A stretch of DNA of 64,000 nt from Chiloscyllium plagiosum (lineage: Eukaryota): assembly GCF_004010195.1 (NCBI RefSeq), contig NC_057720.1, positions 24,702,901-24,766,900 of the forward strand. The letters are read 5' to 3'. Below, in pieces: positions 52,676-62,151 of this stretch; within the stretch, counting starts at the first letter, position 1; the number at the start of each line of letters is the position of its first letter. The notes below the pieces were generated by a model. That model did not search any database, was not told the DNA's origin, and saw only the letters and a program-made list of their open reading frames with translations. The translations under genes were made by a program, and so were the position numbers.

Positions 52676-52971
52676 AGGAGAAAGTGAGGTCTGCAGATGC
52701 TGGAGATCAGAGCTGAAAATGTGTTGCTGNNNNNNNNNNNNNNNNNNNNNNNNNNNNNNNNNNNNNNNNNNNNNNNNNNNNNNNNNNNTGTTGCTGGAAA
52801 AGCACAGCAGGTCAGGCAGCATCCAAGGAGCAGGAGAATCAATGTTTCGGGCATAAGCTTGAAGATCGACGTTTGCATAAGCCTGAAGAAGGGCTTATGC
52901 CCGAAACGTCGATTCTCCTGTTCCCTGGATGCTGCCTGACCTGCTGCGTTTTTCCAGCAACACATTTTCAG
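52676..52971. mobile_element. Head-to-head family A element spanning an assembly gap; hammerhead-like core at 52883-52910 (+)
   Basis: CUGAAGA-A-GGGC-UUAU-GCCC-GAAA-C-GUC; arms CTGAAAATGTGTTGCTGG / CCAGCAACACATTTTCAG. Confidence 0.85.
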
Positions 52972-53544
52972 ATTGGGAACACTGTCCCTAACTGAATGTG
53001 CTAGGGATGGAGAACTGAGGCATTGCTTCTGGCAAGATATCAGTTAAACTCATCACTGCGATAGTAAAGGCTGTAAGCCCACACGGAGTTAATGGTTCTC
53101 ATGCGTCTCCCAAAAAGTGGGCTACAGTAGGATTGCTCATTCACAGACACTGTGCCCAAATGAGGAATCCAGCAACGAGCACTGTACACTGCCCTTGTAT
53201 AAGATCCTTTCTTCCTCCACCTCACTGGCAAAGTCCTATCTCCAACACCTTATCACTCCACTTGCCTGTCTCCAACAATCCAGTGATGGTCGCTGATGAA
53301 GGAACTATTTCATTACTGGCAGTGTCCACCGACTCCCATGGCACTGTTGGTAATGGAGCCTCATTGTCTCTGAATAGGCAACAGCTCTCATGAATGGGAT
53401 TTCTACCCCACTGGGACCTTAATAACATGGGAGGTGGACCCTTGCCTACTTAAGTGATTGATTATTAATAAATGGGTCATAAATAGACAGTAACACTGCT
53501 GAGCACTCATCAGAGGGAATGTCCAGACACAAAGATCACATTCT

Positions 53545-53825
53545 GTCTACAAACTAAGGACATAGATTTAAGGTGAGAAAAGGGACCTAAAGGGGAACTT
53601 TTTTCACAGAGTGTGGTGCGTGTATGGAATGACTGCCAAAGGAAGTGGTGAAGGCTGGCATAATTACAACATTTTAAAGGTATCTGGATTGGTCTATGAA
53701 TAGGAAGGGTTTAGAGAGATATGGGCCAAATGCTGGCAAATGGGACTATATTAAGTTAGGATATCTGGTCGGCATGGATAATTTGGATGAAGGGTCTGTT
53801 TCCGTGCTGTACATCTCTATGACAT
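53545..53825 (+). mobile_element. CR1 3' end
   Basis: Standard CR1 3' UTR ending GCTGTACATCTCTATGAC. Confidence 0.88.
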
Positions 53826-54176
53826 GATATGTGACACATGCTTGGGAGGAGAAGGTGACAATAACCATATGATTCCCAAAGTTTCCCACGACTGGGCAGA
53901 GGACATTACACTGCATCTTGTTGTACCCATTGCTAACTAATTGATAGATCTCAATTACTATTAGTCATCAACTCGAGAATTGTTGTATCATAAGATACCT
54001 ACATGGTGAAAAGTGAACTAAGTGAACCCTGGTCTTTTCTCCATCAAGTTATTCTAGTGTTCCGTTGCAGCTAAACATTTGTCATATTTCAGTCTTATTG
54101 TTCCAATCTACCCCTTCCTCTTTGTCGCTCTTACTGAATTCTTGAAAGTGTATAAAGGATGCTCTTGTTTTCTCAG

Positions 54177-54332
54177 GTACCTACTTCAGTACAATTCACG
54201 TTAATGAAATCGAGAACGGGACTGTTTCCTTGAAGATTGATAATGCAACTCCTTCTCACACATGTGTTTATAGCACATCAGCACTTAGTGGGAATTTTCT
54301 GAATGGAGTTTTCTTCAGACTTATAGTCCGAG
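54177..54332 (+). CDS. TIE1: TIE1 coding exon 4 (Ig-like domain 2, second half)
   Basis: TTTTCTCAG|GT...CGAG|GTAAGG; 156 nt; GTYFSTIHVNEIENGTVSLKIDNATPSHTCVYSTSALSGNFLNGVFFRLIVR. FFRLIVR is the TIE1 form. Confidence 0.95.
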
Positions 54333-55436
54333 GTAAGGCCTAGTTTGAATTTGGCAGAGAATGCAAAGGTATACATTGATGGGGACAAATCACAGTATTA
54401 TCTGAATATATGTAAGTGATAGTTCAAACAGCATTTCTTCATTTCAACATAATAATAGCATCAAGATGATAATGTAAAGAAACCATGTTCAAATACAATA
54501 GTTGAAAGAAGATTTTTCAAAAGCTTGATATGCAACAATATATTTGCTGTATTTGAACAATGTTATTACACTTACTGTTCAAGGACTTCAAATTAATGTT
54601 ATAAAAATTCACAAAACCAAACATATTGTCAGATCATCATAAAGTTGCATTTGTCTCATAGCCAACAGTAAAGTAACAATCAAGCCTTTTCCAACCACAA
54701 TTCCATACATTTTCTCCAGCAGAGGCTGCTGGAGTCTGTAACAAGAGCTACCGCATGATACACGACCAAGCCAAAGTTAGCCTGCAGCTATAACATCCCA
54801 ATACACTCACTTGTGTCTATAAGAAGTTCTCTATATGCATCTCTTTGAATTTCCTACTCTCACTAAAACATCTCCCACTTGCATGATACCTTGTTGCACT
54901 GAATTGTCACCTCAATTACAGTGCAGGAAAATGCTCACGAATAGTAATAATTTCTCACCTAAGTGAAAGGGGTAACACTCAGACACACTATAGGCAAACA
55001 GTTCTTTGGTGGCCTCAAATTAACTATAAAATATGCAGCACAAATTTCAGATCTGAATATTAATACTTGACCTCAAATTTTACAGTTTTGTTTGTATGAG
55101 TTTGTGAGGTAGCTCTTAGTGTTAATAGCATTTATCCACCCAGTCTGTTTTGAAGGCTGGGTGGTCAGTACATATTATTACCCAAAAGGTTAAAAATTAA
55201 AGGAATTCACTGAATGAAAAAGTAGTTGATTTTTCATTTGTAATGTGTAAGCAAAGAAAATGAATATGTTGCATCCATACTTCAATCATTGATGACAAGT
55301 CTTGTTTATTATGTAAAACAAATTCTGAAATAAGGCTAGGATATATGCCCAAGAAATTGTGCATAAGTTAAGTTTGACTCAATACTTACCAGATAGTAAT
55401 TTGATGTTTTACTTACACCATTATGCTATGTTACAG

Positions 55437-55568
55437 CTTGTCCTCATAAGAAGTGGGGAACAGCTTGTGATAAAGACTGCCCTGATTGTCTCAATGGGGG
55501 AATCTGTCATGAAGGTACAGGGGAATGTATCTGTGGACCAGGCTTTACTGGAGAAAACTGTGAGATGG
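55437..55568 (+). CDS. TIE1: TIE1 coding exon 5 (EGF-like repeat 1)
   Basis: TTACAG|CT...ATGG|GTGAGG; 132 nt; ACPHKKWGTACDKDCPDCLNGGICHEGTGECICGPGFTGENCEM. Confidence 0.96.
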
Positions 55569-56508
55569 GTGAGGAATCACAATTATTAATATTGCAAAAT
55601 GAGATTTTGTAAATCAGTCATCCATAGAGAGTTTATGTCTCAGTATTCATATTTAATGTGTGTACCAGTATTCATTTTAAATGTATATATGGCAAGCAAC
55701 TGACCTATTTATTGCAATGTTTTGTACTGAAACTTGCTTACTGTGAACCACAGAGCTATAAGCCATCTACATGCTTAGAACTAAAACTGTATTGTTCAAT
55801 AGAAATAATTAGTCATAGTCATATTCAGAACAACAGTGCCAAACTTAAATGCACTAATTTTAGTAGAGAACATACTTCACACATGTATATATACTTAGCA
55901 AACATTAGCCATCATTTAGTAACTAAGGTAATAAAAGCACTTGATGAAGAAAAATAACCACACAGTGAATTTTGCCTTATAATTTTACTATTAAGTTAAT
56001 TATAAGTTAATTCCTATTCTTAAAATCAGTTGGACACATCTAGATTCCCAAGCTCACCATTTGAGGCTAATTGCTAACATCACAGACTGGACTGGACTGA
56101 AACATAAGAACTGTAACTCTGGAATTAATCCAATATACGTTGCTGCATATGCATTTAAGTGCATTCCACCTTTACAATGCAACATTTTTTGAACTGGAAT
56201 GGTACAATCCAGTACACTGTACACTAAACACCAACTCCACCCAATACAACAACAACAACTCACGCACAGCCTTTAATGTGGGGAAAAAAATATAGTAAGG
56301 TGCTCCATGGTCCTGTAAGTAAAAAATGCTGGTGGTGAATAAATTATTAACAGTGCTGTACTGTTTCTCACAGCAAATAAAAGACACACCTTTAAAGGAT
56401 ATGCTTATGATGTCATCACCAAAACATGGCAGATGACTTCATGGTATAAAGCTCTGAGCGTCCATTTTACTGAGCTCTGTTCTCCGGCAGCCTAACCTGT
56501 TTGAGGGA

Positions 56509-57202
56509 AGCATCAGCTAAAGCCCAGACAAGCAAGTGTTTGCAATTCATATACACGTATACGAAGTGCTGTAATAAAGGCTCAATGAATTCTTTCAGCA
56601 CTGCGTGACTCACATTTCGTTCTTACATTGTGGGAGCTCACTAAAGTATCAGTGTGATAGTGGCAGATCATCAGTCATGCACATCATGTCATGTCCAAGC
56701 AGAATGAGAAAAAGGCTTTCTAATAGTGGTGGGTTTTAGGGATCTTGTGGAGGTAGATGGTCTTTGGGAAGAAATGCTAGAATGTTCACTCTAGATGGGT
56801 ATAAGCACAGCCACCAGTGGTGAGACAAAGAGAGGAAGATATAACAGGAGAACGATGTCAACAGAACAGAGTGTACTGTGGGATGGGACAAAAGTTTGTA
56901 GGGCCAGAGGTGTTTAGAGACATAGAGAGAGGCAAGGTCATAAAGAAATTTAAACAGGAGGATGATAATTTTAACTGTGATGTTGGGGAAAAAAGCCTTT
57001 TTCTCATTCTGCTTGGACATGACATGATGTGCATGACTGATGATCTGCCACTATCACACTGATACTTTAGTGAGCTCCCACAATGTAAGAACGAAATGTG
57101 AGTCACGCAGTGCTGAAAGAATTCATTGAGCCTTTATTACAGCACTTCGTATACGTGTATATGAATTGCAAACACTTGCTTGTCTGGGCTTTAGCTGATG
57201 CT
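56509..57202. repeat. Perfect 211-bp inverted repeat (56509-56719 / 56992-57202) around a 272-bp spacer
   Basis: Block-by-block comparison shows no mismatch; spacer resembles an L2 3' relic on the minus strand (KIIILLFKFLYDLASLYVSKHLWPY). Confidence 0.95.
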
Positions 57203-57308
57203 GCACAACTATGAAGGTCAGTGCTTTACAATAAATTGGGACTTGGTTTTTGATAAGCAGTGACTGTAAATGTTTCAGAATCTCAACAAATCATTATTTC
57301 GTTTTTAG

Positions 57309-57449
57309 TCTGTGAGAAAGGAAAATTTGGTCGCAATTGCCAGGAAGACTGTAAGCGCCAGAAGAACTGCAGCGGCTATAGATTTTGTCTGCCTGATCCC
57401 TACGGTTGTTCATGTGCTGCCGGTTGGCATGGGAGGAAATGCAGTGAAG
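57309..57449 (+). CDS. TIE1: TIE1 coding exon 6 (EGF-like repeat 2)
   Basis: TTTTTAG|TC...GAAG|GTCTGT; 141 nt; VCEKGKFGRNCQEDCKRQKNCSGYRFCLPDPYGCSCAAGWHGRKCSE. FCLPDPYGCSC is the Tie-family signature. Confidence 0.96.
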
Positions 57450-57877
57450 GTCTGTATAAAAAATAACATCCGCTTTATAGAGCTGAAGCCTTGTTCAATG
57501 GTGCACAAAATTAAACATTCTAATTCAATATTATATTTGTGATTAAGCAATATGTAAAGGTGATATTGGGTAATTGCATCATAAAAATGCTATCAGATAA
57601 TAAATTCTGAATTCAAGCATAGCCATTGAATTTGCCACTCATCTTGATTCATCGTGGGAACACCAAAGAGTAGATATTCACTTTTTTCTAACCTTCACAC
57701 TCAAGGACCTGAGTGTTCCCCATGGCAGAGATCAGGAAAATTAACCCTCAGAAACTCATTGCTTTGACTTCAGAAGTCTTCCACTGTCTGTGTGGGTTGA
57801 ATGAGTAAATTGGCACAACAGGTTTCATTGCCAGACTACTCTAGGAAGAAACCATGCCTAAAAAGAAAGAGATAGCA

Positions 57878-59483
57878 TGGGATTTTGTACACTACATTGG
57901 TTTTGCTCATGCTGGGTATCGGGTCCTTCGTCCTGGTGAGTTGTTGTCTGAGAGTGGCTGTTGGTTTGTGTGCTGTTATGAGGCCTAGTGGTCGCAGTAG
58001 TCTGGCTGTCAGTTCGGAAATGCTCTTGATGTATGGTAGTGCGGCTAGTCCTTTGGGTTGTGGCATGTCCTCGTTCCGTTGTNNNNNNNNNNNNNNNNNN
58101 NNNNNNNNNNNNNNNNNNNNNNNNNNNNNNNNNNNNNNNNNNNNNNNNNNNNNNNNNNNNNNNNNNNNNNNNNNNNTCACGTCTAGGAATGGGAGTTGGT
58201 TGTCCTTTTCTTCCTCTCTAGTGAATCGGATTCCTGTGAGTGTGGCGTTGATCCGGTGTTTGTTCTCTATTTCTGTGTTTTTAATGATTACAAAGGTGTC
58301 ATCCACATACCTGACCCAGAGTTTGGGTTGAATTTGCAGTATGGCTGTTTGTTCTAACCTTTGCATTACCGCTTCTGCTATGAGTCCAGAGGTGGGTGAG
58401 TCCATGGGTGTGCCGTTGATTTGTTCATATATTTGGTTGTTGAATGTGAAGTGTGTTGTGAGGCACAGGTCCAGTAGTTTGAGTATCATATCTGACCCAG
58501 AGTTTGGGTTGAATTTGCAGTACGGCTGTTTGTTCTAACCTTTGCATTACCGCTTCTGCTATGAGTCCAGAGGTGGGTGAGTCCATGGGTGTGCCGTTGA
58601 TTTGTTCATATATTTGGTTGTTGAATGTGAAGTGTGTTGTGAGGCACAGGTCCAGTAGTTTGAGTATGCCGTCTTCAAAAGGGCCACAACACACTGCAGT
58701 ACACCAGAACTGCAAAAAGAGGAAGAAGAACACCTATACAATGTATTCGCCAAAAACGGATACCCCCGCAATTTCATCAACAGATGCCTAAGGGAAAAAC
58801 AACGGAATGAGGACATGCCACAACCCAAAGGACTAGCCACACTACCATACATCAAGAGCATTTCCGAACTGACAGCCAGACTACTGCGACCACTAGGACT
58901 CATAACAGCACACAAACCAACAGCCACTCTCAGACAACAACTCACCAGGACGAAGGACCCGATACCCAGCATGAGCAAAGCCAATGTAGTGTACAAAATC
59001 CCACGCAAGGACTGCACAAAACACTACATAGGACAAACAGGAAGACAGCTAACGATCCGCATCCATGAACACCAACTAGCCACGAAACGACACGACCAGC
59101 TATCCTTAGTATCCACACACGCAGAGAACAAGCAACATGAGTTCGACTGGGACAACACTACTATTATAGGCCAAGACAAACAGAGAACAGCCAGGGAATG
59201 CCTAGAGGCATGCACTCATCCACAGATTCAATCAATAAGCACATTGACCTGGACCCAATATACCGGCCACTGCAACGGACAGCTGGAACTGACAACCGGA
59301 AGCGGCAGATTCAAACCACTATAAATACCGGAGGAAACATCACAGAAGCGCTTCACAGGAGGTTCCCAAGCACTGAGGATGTCACCTAGACAGGGGACGA
59401 AACGTCTGCAACACAAATTCCCAGCTCGGCGAACAGAACCACAACAACGAGCACCCGAGCTACAAATCTTCGCACAAACTTTG
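57878..59483 (+). mobile_element. Penelope-like retroelement (RT + GIY-YIG endonuclease), 5'-truncated with an inverted 5' segment
   Basis: Minus segment 57878-58667: QIYEQINGTPMDSP..WVRYVDDTFVII..LPFLDV. Plus segment 58668-59483: VVYKIPRKDCTKHYIGQTGR..RIHEH. 15-bp TSD AAGAAAGAGATAGCA (57863-57877, 59484-59498). Confidence 0.95.
59370..59409 (+). ncRNA. Minimal type I hammerhead ribozyme motif in the Penelope 3' terminus (family D)
   Basis: GCA-CUGAGGA-U-GUCACCU-AGAC-AGGGGAC-GAAA-C-GUC-UGC: stem I GCA/UGC, stem II GUC/GAC plus CCU/AGG, ACGU palindrome, predicted cleavage after C59406. Confidence 0.78.
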
Positions 59484-60320
59484 AAGAAAGAGATAGCAAA
59501 AGTCAAAAATTAATTCAATATAAATTTTGACATCAATGATGAGGCTTGTTCTATACCCTAAATAAACATTCCCTAAATATATATTAGAACAATATTGGCG
59601 TTCCTTCACTGTCACTAGAGTCAAGATCCTCAATCTCTCTCCACAACGACACAGGATATATATCTTTCAGGGATAAACTCTTGATGTCATCACCATATCA
59701 TGTCATGTGACATAATGATGTTAAGTTTGTAGTCTCCATTTTATTGAGCACTGCAATCTTCTCAAGGGAAATTAGGAGTAGATAACAATTGCGAGAGAAC
59801 CCAAATCCAATGAATGAATGAGCAAAAAATGGTCCATTGAGTCTTTGGAATGAAAAGACTCTCAGTTTGAAGGTTCTGAAACATTTTTGATTGAAAGGAA
59901 CCCTCTTCAAATAGATCATTCATTGTAGAACCTCCTCCCTCCATCACTAGTTAATACTATACCATATTTATGATATGAAAATGCTGCAAAATATAAAATG
60001 TTTTAGTGATGCTATTAAAAAAACAGGTCATTTTCTACAGTCCTCCATACACATTCCCTTGCTAAATGACAAAGTCAACACAAACTGCATGGTGCTTGTC
60101 GTGACTGCTCTCTGCTTCCTGTCAAATTATTTTGTGGATGCTTTATAGAAGCCACTTTGAGAGACAGACAGATCCCTTTCTGCTCAGGATCATGTTTCTG
60201 TTTAGCAACATGCCTGTAATTTTCCTTTTTATAACAAAATGTAGGTATTCTCCTGCCACCATTCTTAGCAAGTACAAAGACAGCTGGAAGAAAACTGTAT
60301 CATAACAGCTTCATTATATA

Positions 60321-60433
60321 TATATTTTTTTTTTATTTTTTTCTCTCTTTTTTTAACCCCCACACTACCACCTAAGTGCGGTAGTGCTTATTTTATCCCC
60401 AGCACCCATGGTGTGTGTGTGCAGGTGTGAGAC
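60321..60433 (-). mobile_element. Tx1/L1-like 3' end, copy 1
   Basis: Terminal hairpin CACTACCGC-ACTTAG-GTGGTAGTG then A-rich tail on minus; flanked by a 42-bp duplication (60279-60320 / 60434-60475). Confidence 0.8.
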
Positions 60434-61389
60434 GACAGCTGGAAGAAAAGGCAGTCGGAACAGCTTCATTATATAATGCCTTTCACATCTTTAAAATGCC
60501 CCAAACTACTTGTGGTTGGTTAATTACTTTTAAGTTTCAGTCATTGTTGATTTGTAGACAAATAGCAATGATTACAAGAATGAGATGAATCAAGTAAATT
60601 CCTTTCAAATGCCTCATACAAACTATCAGATTTATCAGGGAAAGTTCCTTCAATATATATTTTGAGCCCCAAGTTAATCTTCAAAATAATTTCCCTTGCA
60701 ATGCTCTACAACTGCACCCTAGTCACTGCTCTTCAATAGCATAAAGTACCCTCTCCCACAATACCCATCAGCAAGACGTTTGGATTATAAAACCATTAGC
60801 AGGTTCTGCAAATTGCTGTTAATTAGTGTACTACATAGCTGAAAAATGTGATGGTACTTAGGCCGTGCAATTACTTTTCAACTATGTTTATTTTGGTAGA
60901 AAGCTATGTTTATATTCAAAGTTTTATTTCTAACTCAACAACGGCTATTTGATGCACTTGTGTCTGTTTAAAGTGATGCCAGCAATACACTGACTTTATT
61001 CTTTCTACTGATTTAAAATGTCTACAGTGTGTAACTAGTGCTCACCACTTTGTTAAATGGCTGCAATGCCTCAGCAGCTACGTTAAAATTGTGAAAGGCT
61101 AGATGTACCAGTCAAAGCCAGCCTTCACCTCTTCAAGGGGAAGTGTGCTGTGGTTGCAGGAGGTGTTGGAAACCATTTTGGTGACTCAGTGTACCAGGGA
61201 CCTAGTTTCATTTCCACCCTTGGGCAACTGTCTGTGTGGAGTTTATGTAATTGTCTCTGTGTCTAGTAGATTTCCTCCATGTGCTCCAGGTTCCTCCCAC
61301 AGTCCAAGAATGTGCAGTTCAGGTGGATTGGCCATGTTAAATTGCCCATAGTGTCCAAAGATGTTTAAGATGAGTGGATTGGCTTGATT

Positions 61390-61889
61390 ATATTTTATTA
61401 AACAAATTACAAACCAGTTTACAAAAAACATTGACAGCTGTACACAAAAGACAGCAGTTTTACAAGGGAGAGGAGCAGCAAAGCTAGGCCCCGAACCCTA
61501 CCATTCAACCATTTTACAGGGAGAGGAGGACAAACCTCAAATCCCAGTTCCACATATGACAAGACAGTGACAATGACATTTGTACATTAGACAATACCGT
61601 TACATACAAAAGTGCAGACAATACAGACCCAACAAGCCCCCGCCCCTCCCACCTTTCCCCCATTTATTTATTTATTTATTTATTTATTTTTTTTATTTTT
61701 TAATTTTTCCTTTTTTTTTTATTTTAACCCCCACACTACCACCTAAGTGCGGTAGTGCTTATTTTTTCCCCCAGCACCCATGGTGTGTGTGTGCAGGTGT
61801 GAGACACAGTGAAAGACACAAAGTGCACCAATCTTTTATTCAATTTCCACCACCAGGAAGATAGGAAAACACCCGGGTGGCCAGTGACA
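61390..61889 (-). mobile_element. Tx1/L1-like 3' end, copy 2, with an extra ~270-bp segment beyond its A-tail
   Basis: 15-bp TSD TGGATTGGCTTGATT (61375-61389, 61890-61904); its 5' part TGTCACTGGCCACCCGGGTGTTTTCCT resembles the 3' UTR at ~15662-15687. Confidence 0.8.
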
Positions 61890-62013
61890 TGGATTGGCTT
61901 GATTCATCTCATTCTTGTAATCATTGCTATTTGTCTACAAATCAACAATGACTGAAACTTAAAAGTAATTAACCAACCACAAGTAGTTTAGGGCATTTTA
62001 AAGATGTGAAAGG

Positions 62014-62151
62014 TCACACCTGCACACACACACCATGGGTGCTGGGGATAAAATAAGCATTACCACACTTAGGTGGTAGTGTGGGGGCTAAAAAAGAAAG
62101 GGGGAAAAAAAAATAAAATAAAATCATGTCAATACCATGGAGAAAAAAAAA
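62014..62151 (+). mobile_element. Tx1/L1-like 3' end, copy 3
   Basis: Same hairpin and A-tail; 10-bp TSD ATGTGAAAGG (62004-62013, 62152-62161). Confidence 0.8.

Noticed and set aside
52721..52800. Repeat of TGTTGCTG on both sides of the N-gap
   Set aside because: Most likely overlapping contig ends, not a biological duplication.
48348..57449. Calling the gene TEK/TIE2
   Set aside because: CVSGE, EKD..IV, DV.WK and FFRLIVR, and a gap-free exon 4 alignment to recalled TIE1, favour TIE1.
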